A stretch of 64,000 nucleotides of DNA. Origin: Candidatus Lustribacter sp. (GTDB lineage: Bacteria > Vulcanimicrobiota > Vulcanimicrobiia > Vulcanimicrobiales > Vulcanimicrobiaceae). This document shows positions 18,432 to 28,270 of this stretch, piece after piece. The position numbers and the translations under genes were made by a program. The stretch lies in contig OZ255842.1 in NCBI GenBank assembly GCA_965277805.1, positions 800,001 through 864,000 of the forward strand, in the 5' to 3' direction. The notes beneath the pieces were generated by a model that saw nothing but the letters and a program-made list of their open reading frames with translations, did not search any database and was not told the DNA's origin. Position 1 is the first letter of the stretch, and every line of letters starts with the position of its first letter.

Positions 18432-19645
18432 GCATCGTCGTCCAGAAATTCGGCGGGTCATCCGTCTCCACGCCCGAGCTCCGCGAGATCGCGGCGTCGC
18501 GCGTGCTCGAAAGCGCGCGCAGCGGCAACCAAGTCGTGGTAGTCGTCAGCGCGATGGGCCGTCTGCCCGATCCGTACGCGACCGACACGCTGCTCGGCTT
18601 GATCGGCCCCGTACGCGGCGGACCGAATCGCGATCTGCTGTTGGCGGTCGGTGAGATGATCTCGGCGGCGGTGTTCGCCGAACTGCTCACCTCGCTCGGC
18701 GCACCCGCGCAGGCAATGACCGGTGGCCAAGCCGGCATCCTGACCGACGACAATTACGGCGACGCGCGCATTCTCAGCGTCGACACGACCACCATTCGCA
18801 AGGCGCTCGACGCGGGCGTGATCCCGGTCGTCACCGGCTTCCAAGGGCACACGCGCAGCGGCGGCGTTTCGACGCTCGGCCGCGGCGGCAGCGACCTCAC
18901 TGCCGTCGCGCTCGGCGATGCGCTCAAGGCCGCGTCGGTCGACATCTTCACCGACGTCAGCGGCGTCTTCACCGCCGATCCGCGCCGCGTTGCAGACGCG
19001 CATGCGGTCGACCGCGTGTCGCCGGCCGAAATGGTCGAGCTCGCCGGTAACGGCGCGAAGGTGATGCACCACAAGGCGGCGGAGCTCGCGCACAACACCA
19101 GCACGCCGTACGCGGTGAAGGGTCTGCGCAGCAACGTCGGCACGATGATCGACGACGACGCGCCGGTGGATCCGGGCCGTCCGGTCACCGGCATCGCGGC
19201 ATTGCGCAACGTGGCGTTCTTCCGCGTAATCCAAGGACTCAGCGATGAAGGCGGCCGTGCGACGCTCGATCGCGAGCTCTTCGACCGGCTGGCGGCGAAG
19301 AATATCTCGATCGACATGATCAACGTCAACGACGCCGGCGTGTTCTTCGTCTGCGATGATGAGAACGTCGAGAACGTACGCGCCGAACTGCACAACCTCA
19401 ACCTCGCGCTGCGGGTACGCACGCACTGTGCAAAGCTCTCGATCGTCGGCGCCGGAATGCGCGGCACGCCGGGCGTCATGGCCGGGGTCGTGCGAGCGAT
19501 CACCGACGCGGCGGTCGAGATCATCCATTCGACCGACTCGAATATCACGATCTCGCTGCTCGTCCCCGACGAGATGGCCGGCAAAGCCGAACAGGCGCTG
19601 CACGACTACTTCGCGCTTGGGCCACAAACGGCAGCCGTCTCATGA
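18428..19645 (+). CDS. aspartate kinase
   Basis: VQKFGGSS, TLGRGGSD, ADPR, ACT domains. Confidence 0.95.
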   Translation: MSIVVQKFGGSSVSTPELREIAASRVLESARSGNQVVVVVSAMGRLPDPYATDTLLGLIGPVRGGPNRDLLLAVGEMISAAVFAELLTSLGAPAQAMTGGQAGILTDDNYGDARILSVDTTTIRKALDAGVIPVVTGFQGHTRSGGVSTLGRGGSDLTAVALGDALKAASVDIFTDVSGVFTADPRRVADAHAVDRVSPAEMVELAGNGAKVMHHKAAELAHNTSTPYAVKGLRSNVGTMIDDDAPVDPGRPVTGIAALRNVAFFRVIQGLSDEGGRATLDRELFDRLAAKNISIDMINVNDAGVFFVCDDENVENVRAELHNLNLALRVRTHCAKLSIVGAGMRGTPGVMAGVVRAITDAAVEIIHSTDSNITISLLVPDEMAGKAEQALHDYFALGPQTAAVS

Positions 19646-20529
19646 AGGCGCTCGGGCGCCTTTTCACGGCGATGATCACGCCCTTCGATGCGAAGGGCGC
19701 GGTCAACGTCGGCGAAGCCGTCCGTCTGGCGCAGTTCCTCGTCGATCGCGGGAACGACGGGCTGATCGTCGCCGGCACCACCGGCGAGTCCCCCGCGCTC
19801 GAGACCGATGAGAAGCTGGCGCTCTTCGGCGCGATCAAGTCGGCGCTCGGGAAAAAAGCGACCGTCATCGCCGGGACGACCGGAAACAACACGCACCACT
19901 CGGTCGAACTGACCAAAGAAGCGACGAAAACCGGCGTCGACGGGATCCTCGCCGTCGTTCCGTATTACAGCAAGCCGCCGCAAGACGGGTTGCTCAAACA
20001 TTTCGGCGCGATCGCCGAAGCGACGACGCTGCCGATCGTGCTCTACAACATCCCCGGCCGCACCAACGTCAACATGCTGCCGGAGACCGTGCACGAACTC
20101 GTGCGGCGCCATCCGAACATCGTCGCGATCAAAGAGTCCAGCGGCAACGTCGAGCAGTTCACCTCGCTCGTCCGCGACCGCGTGCGCGAAGACTTCACCG
20201 TCTACTCGGGCGACGATTACTTCTATCTGCCTTCGCTCGCGCTCGGTGCCTACGGCTGCATCAGCGTTGCCGCGCACGTTTGCGCGCGCGAACTGCGCGC
20301 TATGGCCGATGCGTACGATAACGGCGACATCGAAACGGCCGGCCGCCTGCACCGCGACTTGCAGGCGCTCTTCACCGCGCTGTTCGCGCATCCGAGCCCG
20401 ATCCCGGTGAAGTGGGCGATGAACGAATTCGGTTTCGCGGCTGGTGCGTGCCGGCCGCCGATGGGCGAGATGCCGGAGAGCCTCAAGGCCGTAATGCGGC
20501 CGCTCATCGCGCCGTTCCGGCCGGAGTGA
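19642..20529 (+). CDS. dapA: 4-hydroxy-tetrahydrodipicolinate synthase
   Basis: GTTGES, PYY, LYNIPGRT, IKES, SGDD, PIPVK. Confidence 0.97.
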   Translation: MKALGRLFTAMITPFDAKGAVNVGEAVRLAQFLVDRGNDGLIVAGTTGESPALETDEKLALFGAIKSALGKKATVIAGTTGNNTHHSVELTKEATKTGVDGILAVVPYYSKPPQDGLLKHFGAIAEATTLPIVLYNIPGRTNVNMLPETVHELVRRHPNIVAIKESSGNVEQFTSLVRDRVREDFTVYSGDDYFYLPSLALGAYGCISVAAHVCARELRAMADAYDNGDIETAGRLHRDLQALFTALFAHPSPIPVKWAMNEFGFAAGACRPPMGEMPESLKAVMRPLIAPFRPE

Positions 20530-20545
20530 TCCGACGGAACCTTCC

Positions 20546-21280
20546 ATCCACATCCTCGGCTGCCGCGTCGATGCGCTGACCCGCGACGAAGCGGTTGCGC
20601 GCATCGCGGAACTCGCGCATGGACCGAGCCCCGCGCTGGTCGTGACGCTCGGCGTCGAGATGACGATGTACGCGCAGCGCGACGCGCGCTTTCGTTCGCT
20701 CGTCAACAATTCGGCGCTGTCGTTGTGCGACACGATCGGGATCTTGCTCGCATCGCGCGCGCGTCACGGACCATTGCGCGAGCGCGTGACCGGCGTCGAC
20801 TTGATCGAACCGCTGGCAAAACGTTCGGCCGCGGGTGAGGATTTGCGGTTCTTCTTTTTCGGCGGCGCGTCGGGTGTCGCGGAGCGCGCAGCGATCGCGC
20901 TGCAGCATCGGTTTCCGGGCGTGCAGATCGCCGGCACGCGCGACGGGTACTTCGCGCCCGGACAGAGCCCGACGATTGTCGCATCGATCGTTGCGAGTAA
21001 GGCTAACGTCTTACTGGTGGGGCTGGGAAGTCCGAAGCAAGAATATTGGCTCGAGGATTATCTCGATGCGACGAAGTGCGGCGTCGGCATGGGCGTCGGT
21101 GGTTCATTCGACGTTTTGGCGGGAACGGTACCCCGGGCGCCGCTCCTGTGGCGGCGTCTCGGTCTCGAGTGGCTCTATCGGCTCATTCGCGAACCGTCAC
21201 GGTGGCGACGTCAACTCGCACTTCCACGTTTTGCTTTCGCGGCGACGCGCGAAGCTCTGACCGAGAGAGGAAGTCGTTAA
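20546..21280 (+). CDS. WecB/TagA/CpsF family glycosyltransferase (start uncertain)
   Basis: ERVTGVDL, GLGSPKQE, GVGGSFD, GLEWLYR..EP; family-like IHILGCRVDA lies upstream of the first canonical start at 20642. Confidence 0.88.
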   Translation: MHILGCRVDALTRDEAVARIAELAHGPSPALVVTLGVEMTMYAQRDARFRSLVNNSALSLCDTIGILLASRARHGPLRERVTGVDLIEPLAKRSAAGEDLRFFFFGGASGVAERAAIALQHRFPGVQIAGTRDGYFAPGQSPTIVASIVASKANVLLVGLGSPKQEYWLEDYLDATKCGVGMGVGGSFDVLAGTVPRAPLLWRRLGLEWLYRLIREPSRWRRQLALPRFAFAATREALTERGSR

Positions 21281-21282
21281 CA

Positions 21283-22317
21283 GTGAACTTAGCAAAAGCG
21301 ATGATACTCGCCGGGGGGATGAGCACACGCCTCTATCCGCTGACGAAACAAGTTCCGAAGCCGCTGGTTCCGGTCGCCGGCGAACCGATCAGCGCGCACA
21401 TCATGCGCTGGCTCGCGTCGTTCGGGTACACCGATGTCGCGATCAACATCCACTACCTCTCCGAACTGATCCGGAGTTCGTTCGGCGACGGGTCGCAATA
21501 CGGCGTGAAACTGAACTATTCGTTCGAGCCCGAGCTCATGGGCAGCGCGGGTGCGGTCAAGCTCTTGCAGACGTTCTTCGACGGCACGTTCGTTGTCGTC
21601 GGCTGTGACGATCTCACCGATGCGAATCTCGAAGCGCTCGTTAGCTTCCACAAAGAGCGCGGCGCGCTCGCGACGATCGGTCTGATCGAGGCCGAAGAAG
21701 TCGATCAGTACGGCGTCGTCATCACGAACGACCGCGGCCGCATCCTCGAGTTTCAGGAGAAGCCGGCGAAGGGCACGGAACGCTCGAAGCTCGTGAACAC
21801 CGGCATCTACGTGTTCGAACCGGAGATTTTCGACTACATTCCGGCCGCGACGTTTTATGATTTCGGTCGCAATGTGTTTCCGGCGATTTTGGAGGCCGGG
21901 CTCGATTTCTACGGGATGCGGCTGGCCGGAGCGTATTGGCGCGACATCGGCACGCCCTCGGAGTACCGTCAGGCGACGACCGACGTTTTGGCCGGACGCG
22001 TCCATCTGCGCGGTGCGCGCGCGACTGGAGTACCGGCCGACGTGCGCCTCGGGAACGACGTGCGCATCGAAGGCGACGTGCGCTTAGGCAGCAACGTGAT
22101 CGTCGGCCGCCGCGTGCGGATCGTCGGGCCGTCGGTCATCGGTGACAACGTGCGCATCGGCGACGAGGCCGTCATCGAGCGCTCGATCATCTGGGATGCG
22201 GTCACCCTCGGCGATCGCACCGACGTCCGCGATTCCATCATCGGCATCGGCTACGACGTTCCGGCCGACACCTCGCTCGTCGATCGCATCGTCGCCAACG
22301 AACCGATCGCAACCTAG
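21283..22317 (+). CDS. NDP-sugar synthase (second paralog)
   Basis: AMILAGGMSTRLYPLT..PKP, FQEKP, beta-helix tail; GTG start after a GAGAGG RBS. Confidence 0.9.
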   Translation: MNLAKAMILAGGMSTRLYPLTKQVPKPLVPVAGEPISAHIMRWLASFGYTDVAINIHYLSELIRSSFGDGSQYGVKLNYSFEPELMGSAGAVKLLQTFFDGTFVVVGCDDLTDANLEALVSFHKERGALATIGLIEAEEVDQYGVVITNDRGRILEFQEKPAKGTERSKLVNTGIYVFEPEIFDYIPAATFYDFGRNVFPAILEAGLDFYGMRLAGAYWRDIGTPSEYRQATTDVLAGRVHLRGARATGVPADVRLGNDVRIEGDVRLGSNVIVGRRVRIVGPSVIGDNVRIGDEAVIERSIIWDAVTLGDRTDVRDSIIGIGYDVPADTSLVDRIVANEPIAT

Positions 22318-22348
22318 CCGCACGCCGAATGCGGCGTGAGGGGACGGC

Positions 22349-22978
22349 ATGTGGGCGGCGATCCGGCCCTGGCTCTTTCCCGTCTGGTGCATCGGCTGCG
22401 GCGAGCCGGATGTCGGACTGTGCCCCGCCTGCGCCGCCATGGCCCGGCCGGTGGCCGTCTCCCTCGACGGTCTGGCGGTCGGCGCGGCCGGCGACTATGA
22501 GGGTGCGGTGCGCGAGGCCATCCTTGCCATGAAGCGCGGCGAGCGGGCTTACCTCGACCCCTTGGCGGCTCTGCTGGCGCCGCTGATCGAGCCGGGCAGC
22601 ATCATCGTGCCGGTCGCCACGACGCGCAAGCGGGCTGCCCAGCGCGGCTTCGATCAAGGGCGCGAGTTGGCGCGGCGCGTCGCGGAGATCCGTTCGGCGA
22701 CGTGCGAGGACGTGCTGGTCAAGCGCGGTGGCGCACAGCGCGGGCTGGGCCGTGGCGAGCGCCTGCAGGCCGAGGGCCGGTTCGCCGTGCGACGCGGCGC
22801 CTTGGTGCCGTCGAGCGCGGTGCTGCTCGACGACGTCGTCACGACCGGCGCGACCCTGCACGACGCAGCCTCCGCGCTGGCAGCCGCCGGCTGCAGCGTC
22901 GACGGGGCGGTCGTCGTGGCGCGGACGCCGCCGGGCCGCGAAACCCAGCGCGGCGGCCGAAGGTTGGGCGGAGCGTGA
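22349..22978 (+). CDS. ComF family protein (zinc ribbon + phosphoribosyltransferase)
   Basis: CIGC..CPAC, RGFDQ, LLDDVVTTGAT. Confidence 0.88.
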   Translation: MWAAIRPWLFPVWCIGCGEPDVGLCPACAAMARPVAVSLDGLAVGAAGDYEGAVREAILAMKRGERAYLDPLAALLAPLIEPGSIIVPVATTRKRAAQRGFDQGRELARRVAEIRSATCEDVLVKRGGAQRGLGRGERLQAEGRFAVRRGALVPSSAVLLDDVVTTGATLHDAASALAAAGCSVDGAVVVARTPPGRETQRGGRRLGGA

Positions 22979-23256
22979 AAGCCATTTGGAACGGCGCCGT
23001 GCTCGCCGAAAGCAACAGCACCGAAGTCGTCGAGGGTAACCAGTACTTCCCGCCCGACTCGATCAAGCGCGAATATTTCAAGCCCAGCGCGACCACGAGC
23101 GTTTGCCCGTGGAAGGGCACCGCGTCGTACTACACCGTCGATGTGAACGGCAAGCAGAATGCCGACGCCGCCTGGTACTATCCGGCGGCCAAAGATGCGG
23201 CCAAGAACATCGAGGGATACGTTGCGTTTTGGAAGGGTGTCGAGGTTCAGCCGTAG
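22975..23256 (+). CDS. DUF427 domain protein
   Basis: KAIWNG.VLAES..VVEGNQYFP, CPWKG.ASY, AAWYY; GTGA overlap. Confidence 0.9.
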   Translation: MKAIWNGAVLAESNSTEVVEGNQYFPPDSIKREYFKPSATTSVCPWKGTASYYTVDVNGKQNADAAWYYPAAKDAAKNIEGYVAFWKGVEVQP

Positions 23257-23268
23257 ACCCTCTACCCG

Positions 23269-23922
23269 ATGTTTAGCGGGCTCATCAGCCACCTCGGCCG
23301 CGTCGCGTCGCTGCGCGGCGATCTGCGCAACGGCATGGTTCTCACGGTGGAAGCACCCGACGCCATCGCCGAGGGCGTCGCGGAGAAAGACTCGATCGCC
23401 GTCAACGGCGTTTGCTTGACCGTCGTAAAGTTCGACGCGCGCACGCTGACGTTCGACATCGTGCCGGAGAGCATCATCCGCGCGGGCATCGACGAGCTGC
23501 ATGAAGGCGACCCGGTCAATGTCGAGCTCTCCCTGCGTCTGGGCGACCGGCTAGGCGGCCATCTCGTCTACGGCCACGTCGACGCGAACGCGGCGATCGT
23601 CGGGAAGCCGGTCGAGGGCCAAGGACATCGGCTCACGATCGAACGTCCGGCCGCAATCGAACGTTTCATCGTGGAGAAGGGCTTCATCGCGATCGACGGC
23701 GTCAGCCTCACGATCGCCTCGGTGACGCCGGAGTATTTCACGATTGCACTGATTCCGGAAACCTCACGCCGTACGACGCTCGGAACGAAAGGCGTCGGCG
23801 CGCGCGTGAACATCGAGATCGATCCGGTCGCGCGCTATGCGTTTGCCGCGGTCGATGCGTACCGCAGCGTGGATGATGCCGGCGCGACCGATGCCGAACT
23901 CGCCTGGGCCTACGAAATCTAA
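23269..23922 (+). CDS. ribE: riboflavin synthase
   Basis: MFSGLI, SIAVNGVCLT, GGHLVYGHVD, IDGVSLT. Confidence 0.93.
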   Translation: MFSGLISHLGRVASLRGDLRNGMVLTVEAPDAIAEGVAEKDSIAVNGVCLTVVKFDARTLTFDIVPESIIRAGIDELHEGDPVNVELSLRLGDRLGGHLVYGHVDANAAIVGKPVEGQGHRLTIERPAAIERFIVEKGFIAIDGVSLTIASVTPEYFTIALIPETSRRTTLGTKGVGARVNIEIDPVARYAFAAVDAYRSVDDAGATDAELAWAYEI

Positions 23923-23937
23923 ACGGAGGAAACACCC

Positions 23938-25029
23938 ATGCCTTTGACTCGCCGCGCCGCTATCGGCGGCGCCTTTGCTGCTGCCGCCGCGACGCAGATC
24001 GGGCCCGCCGGCGCACAGGCCGATGCGTGGAAAGCGCTGATCGCCGCGGCGAAAGCCGAGGGTTCGGTCGTGGTCGACGGGCCGCCGGTCGATCTCGTGC
24101 GCGAACTGTTCACGCAAGGAATGCAGCGCGAGTACGGCATTTCGGTTTCGTACATCCCGAGCGAGAACTCGACCAGCGCCGCGCGTGTGCGCGCCGAGCG
24201 TTCGGCCGGAAAATATTTACTCGACGTGCTCGTCGCCGGCGGAGATACGCCGACCGCAACGTACTTGCCGTCGGGCTGGCTCGACAAACTCGAGCCGTTC
24301 CTGGTCGCGCCCGACGTGATCGACAAACGCAAATGGAAAGACGGCCACATCTGGTGGGAAGAAGATAGCCACTCGATCCTGCGCACGTTGCAGTTCGTCA
24401 CGCCCGAACTCGCGATCAACACCAAACTCGTGAGGCCCGGTGAAATCACGACGTGGAAAGCGCTGCTCGATCCGAAGTGGCAAGGAAAGATCATCGCCAA
24501 GGATCCGGGCACGTCCGGCGCCGGCACCTCGCTGATCGCGATGCTCTACATCACCTTCGGCCCCGATTTCGTGAAGAAGCTCTATCGCGACCAGAAGCCG
24601 GTGATTTCGCGTAACGCGCGCCAAGCGATGGGGTTCCTCGCGCAAGGCGGATACGCGGCGCTGCTCGGCCCTGAGGCGACCGCGATGAATCAGTTTCAGA
24701 AGCAGAATTATCCGATTCAAGCGGTGTTCCCGACCGACGCGCCGAGCATTCTCTCGGGCGGTTACGGGTTGATCTCGCTCGTGAACAAAGCGCCGCATCC
24801 CAACGCCGCGAAGCTGTTCATCAATTGGCTGGCGGGTCCCGGGCCGCAAAAGGCGTTCGCCGAAGCCGTGCAGTCGGTCAGCTTGCGCAACGATATCCAC
24901 TACGAGAATCTGCCGTCGTGGGTGTTTCCGCAAAAGGGCACCAAGTATCTCGATTCCTACGACTGGAAGTTCGTCAACGAGCAGCGCGAGCCCGCGATGG
25001 ACAAAGCGCGCGATCTGCTCGGCGAATAG
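23938..25029 (+). CDS. extracellular solute-binding protein (Fe3+/thiamine-type ABC), Tat-like signal
   Basis: TRRAAIGG signal, AAKAEG, LLDPKWQGKI, APHPNAAKLFINW. Confidence 0.88.
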   Translation: MPLTRRAAIGGAFAAAAATQIGPAGAQADAWKALIAAAKAEGSVVVDGPPVDLVRELFTQGMQREYGISVSYIPSENSTSAARVRAERSAGKYLLDVLVAGGDTPTATYLPSGWLDKLEPFLVAPDVIDKRKWKDGHIWWEEDSHSILRTLQFVTPELAINTKLVRPGEITTWKALLDPKWQGKIIAKDPGTSGAGTSLIAMLYITFGPDFVKKLYRDQKPVISRNARQAMGFLAQGGYAALLGPEATAMNQFQKQNYPIQAVFPTDAPSILSGGYGLISLVNKAPHPNAAKLFINWLAGPGPQKAFAEAVQSVSLRNDIHYENLPSWVFPQKGTKYLDSYDWKFVNEQREPAMDKARDLLGE

Positions 25030-25038
25030 GAGACGCGC

Positions 25039-26136
25039 ATGCAAGATCACACGCTGAGCCGTCGCGCCGCAATCGCCGGAACGTTGGCGCTGGCTGCCGC
25101 CGCGCAGAGCCCGGTGAGCGCACAGAACGACGCGATGAAAGCGCTCGCCGAAGCGGCCAAGGCCGAAGGGTCGGTGACCGTCGACGGACCGCCGATCGAC
25201 GAGGTGCGCGTCGCGATTACGCAAGGCTTCCAAAGCGCGTACGGCATTCCGGTGACCTACATCAGCAGCGGCAGCTCGGCCAGCGGCGCGCGCGTGCGCG
25301 CCGAACGCGCCGCCGGCAAGTATTTGCTCGACGTGTTCCTGAGCGGCGGCGACACGCCGCCATTGACGTTTCTCCCGTCCGGTTGGCTCGACAAAGTCGA
25401 ACCGGTGCTCGTCGCGCCCGACGTGATCGACAAGCGCAAGTGGAAAGACGGGCATTTGTGGTTCATGGACGACGGCCACTACATCTTGCGCACGCTGCAG
25501 TTCGTCACGCCCGAACTCGTTATCAACACGAAGCTCGCGCCGCCGCGCGAAGTTCGCACGTGGAAGGCGCTGCTCGATCCGAAGTGGCGTGGTAAGATCG
25601 TCGCCAAGGATCCGGGCGTCTCCGGCGCCGGCACGTCGCTGATCTCGATGCTGTACTTGCAATTCGGTCCCGACTTCGTGAAGAAGCTCTACAAGGATCA
25701 GCAGCCCGTGATCTCGCGCGACGGCCGGCAAGCGGCGCAGTTTCTCGCGCAGGGCAGCTACGCGATTCTGCTCGGACCCGACTCAACCGCCGTCGATCAA
25801 TTCCGCCATCAAGGCTATCCGCTCGAGTTCGTCTTCCCGACCGACGCGCCGAGCATTCTCAGCGGCGGCTGGGGCCTGATCTGTCTGATCAACAAAGCGC
25901 CGCACCCGAACGCCGCCAAACTATTCATCAACTGGCTCGCGGGTCGCCAAGGCCAAGAGCCGTTCGCGAAATCCGTGCTCTCCGCGAGCCTGCGCACCGA
26001 CCTGCACTACACCGACATGCCGCCCTGGGTCTTCCCGCAAAAAGGCACCCAATATCTCGACACCTACGACTGGAAATACGTCACCCAAGAACGCGACCCG
26101 GCCCTAGAGAAAGCCCGCGCGCTGTTGGGTGAGTAG
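25039..26136 (+). CDS. extracellular solute-binding protein (tandem paralog)
   Basis: SRRAAIAG signal; long near-identical stretches shared with the upstream gene. Confidence 0.88.
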   Translation: MQDHTLSRRAAIAGTLALAAAAQSPVSAQNDAMKALAEAAKAEGSVTVDGPPIDEVRVAITQGFQSAYGIPVTYISSGSSASGARVRAERAAGKYLLDVFLSGGDTPPLTFLPSGWLDKVEPVLVAPDVIDKRKWKDGHLWFMDDGHYILRTLQFVTPELVINTKLAPPREVRTWKALLDPKWRGKIVAKDPGVSGAGTSLISMLYLQFGPDFVKKLYKDQQPVISRDGRQAAQFLAQGSYAILLGPDSTAVDQFRHQGYPLEFVFPTDAPSILSGGWGLICLINKAPHPNAAKLFINWLAGRQGQEPFAKSVLSASLRTDLHYTDMPPWVFPQKGTQYLDTYDWKYVTQERDPALEKARALLGE

Positions 26137-26263
26137 GCTGCGGGCCACCAAAGAGCGGCATATCGTCCTAAGCCGCACACGGCCGCGACGCAGATGCTGG
26201 CCGAGACCCCCTTCCAAAACCCGCGATCTAACCACCCTCACCGCTACGAGCGTGGCATTGGGG

Positions 26264-26284
26264 TTGACAACTGTTAACTATTGT
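26264..26284 (+). promoter_or_regulatory. -35 hexamer TTGACA overlapped by an 18-bp imperfect palindrome (candidate operator)
   Basis: TTGACA 26264-26269; ACAACTGTTAACTATTGT 26267-26284 (14/18 symmetric). Confidence 0.45.
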
Positions 26285-26301
26285 GTGGTGTTTATATCCG
26301 T

Positions 26302-27717
26302 ATGGAGAATTTTTCCGCACAACTCCGCACCGCGATGGACGCCGCCGGTCTGTCGGCGGCTGAGCTTGCTTTGAAGACCGGGCTGACCGAAGGCGCGATC
26401 TCCTACCTTCGGGCCGGGCGGCGAGAACCGTCGTTTAAGTCGATCCGCGCGCTCTCGGCGGCCCTGCCGCAACTTGCGGAGCAGTTTTCGGCCCCCCGCA
26501 GCACGATGGATTCGATCGAATCGGCGATCGAGGACATCCGCAACGGCAAGATGGTCATCGTGCTCGACGACGAGGACCGCGAGAACGAAGGCGATGTCGT
26601 GATGGCGGCGGAGAAGGTCACGCCCGAAGCGATCAACTTCATGCGCAAAGAAGCCGGCGGGCTGATCTGCGTTCCGTTGACCGCGGCGCGGCTCGACGAA
26701 CTCCAAATCCCGAACATGGTGCAAGACAACACGGCACCGCTCGGCACCGCGTTCACCGTATCGGTCGAAGCGCGCGGCCGCGTCACCACCGGTATTTCAG
26801 CCGAGGATCGCTCGAATACAATCCTCGCGCTGCTCGATCCCGACGCGACGGCCAAAGATTTCTTGCGTCCCGGCCACACGTTTCCGCTGCGCGCGCGCGA
26901 CGGCGGCGTGCTCGTGCGCATGGGGCAGACCGAAGCATCGGTCGATCTCGCGCGTTTGGCGGGGCTCGCGCCGGCCGGCGTGATCTGCGAGATCATGGAT
27001 GAAGACGGCTCGATGATGCGCTTGCCGCGGCTGCGCGAATTCGCCGCCAAGCATAGCCTCAAGCTCATCACCGTAAAAGATCTGATCGCCTACCGCCTCA
27101 AGCACGAGAAGCTGATCTCGCGCATCGCGGAATTTTCGCTGCCGACGACGTACGGCGAATTCCACGGCGTGGCGTTCCAGTCGCAAGTCGACGAAGTGTG
27201 CCACGTGGCGATGATCATGGGCGATGTCGGCGACGGCAAGGACATCCTCGTTCGCGTGCACAGCGAGTGCTTGACCGGCGATGCGCTGCACTCGATCCGT
27301 TGCGATTGCGCGGCGCAACGTGACGCGGCGCTGGCCGCAATCGCCCAAGAAGGCCGCGGCGTGTTGCTGTATCTGCATCAGGAAGGGCGCGGCATCGGCC
27401 TCGCCAACAAGCTGCGCGCCTACGCGCTGCAAGATCGCGGCGCCGACACGGTCGAAGCGAACATGCTGTTGGGACTGCCGGCCGACAAGCGCGACTACGG
27501 CATCGGCTCGCAGATCCTCGCCGATCTCGGCGTCCGCGAAATGCGGCTGCTCACCAACAACCCGACGAAGATCGCCGGCCTCGAGGGTTTCGGTTTAAAG
27601 ATCGTCGACCGCGTTCCCGTCCATACCGAGCCGACCAAATATAATCTCGCGTACATGAACACGAAGCGCGACAAGATGGGCCATATGTTCACGCCGTCGA
27701 TGTCGGAGCAAGGGTAA
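26302..27717 (+). CDS. ribBA: XRE-family HTH fused to bifunctional DHBP synthase/GTP cyclohydrolase II
   Basis: N-terminal LRTAMDAAGLSAAELALKTGLTEGAISYLRAGRREPS; DDEDRENEGD, RPGH, RVHSECLTGD, RCDC, QEGRGIG, LLTNNP. Confidence 0.93.
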   Translation: MENFSAQLRTAMDAAGLSAAELALKTGLTEGAISYLRAGRREPSFKSIRALSAALPQLAEQFSAPRSTMDSIESAIEDIRNGKMVIVLDDEDRENEGDVVMAAEKVTPEAINFMRKEAGGLICVPLTAARLDELQIPNMVQDNTAPLGTAFTVSVEARGRVTTGISAEDRSNTILALLDPDATAKDFLRPGHTFPLRARDGGVLVRMGQTEASVDLARLAGLAPAGVICEIMDEDGSMMRLPRLREFAAKHSLKLITVKDLIAYRLKHEKLISRIAEFSLPTTYGEFHGVAFQSQVDEVCHVAMIMGDVGDGKDILVRVHSECLTGDALHSIRCDCAAQRDAALAAIAQEGRGVLLYLHQEGRGIGLANKLRAYALQDRGADTVEANMLLGLPADKRDYGIGSQILADLGVREMRLLTNNPTKIAGLEGFGLKIVDRVPVHTEPTKYNLAYMNTKRDKMGHMFTPSMSEQG

Positions 27718-27726
27718 AACGATAGC

Positions 27727-28227
27727 ATGAAGGTCGAGAAGGCGCCGCCTCCGGACGTTTTTCCGGACGCGAAGGGCAAGAAATTCGCCATCATCGTTGC
27801 GACGTTTTATGCCGACCTCGCCGCGTGGCTCGAAGACGGCGCGCGGCGCGGCCTACGCGATTGCGGCGTGGCCGATGATGCGGTGGAGGTCTTCCGGGTT
27901 CCGGGCTGCTTCGAATTGCCGGTGGCCGCGCGGCGCCTGATCCGGGCCGGCGACTACGACGGGATGATCGCGCTCGGCGTCGTGGTGCGCGGCGAAACGC
28001 CCCATTTCGATTACGTTGCCGGCGAGTGTGCCCGCGGGATCATGGATGTCCAGATCGCGAGCGGCGTGCCGATCGGCTTCGGCGTCCTGACCACGGAAAC
28101 GCTCGCACAAGCCGAGGAGCGGGCCGATCCCGCCCGCGGTGACAAAGGCTACGACGCGGCCATCGCAGCCGCCACCGTGGCGGTCATCGAGCCCAAGGTC
28201 GATCGGCCGCGGGTGGGCTTCCGCTAA
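27727..28227 (+). CDS. ribH: 6,7-dimethyl-8-ribityllumazine synthase
   Basis: VPGCFELP, LGVVVRGETPHFDYVA, FGVLT. Confidence 0.95.
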   Translation: MKVEKAPPPDVFPDAKGKKFAIIVATFYADLAAWLEDGARRGLRDCGVADDAVEVFRVPGCFELPVAARRLIRAGDYDGMIALGVVVRGETPHFDYVAGECARGIMDVQIASGVPIGFGVLTTETLAQAEERADPARGDKGYDAAIAAATVAVIEPKVDRPRVGFR

Positions 28228-28241
28228 TCCCGGCCGACCCG

Positions 28242-28270
28242 TTGTCAAGCGGACCGGCCTAGCATATACT
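28242..28270 (+). promoter_or_regulatory. sigma70-type promoter
   Basis: TTGTCA-N17-TATACT. Confidence 0.7.

Noticed and set aside
26137-26300. FMN riboswitch upstream of ribBA
   Set aside because: No conserved FMN aptamer segments (e.g. AGGGCGGGGTGAAATTCCC) are visible.
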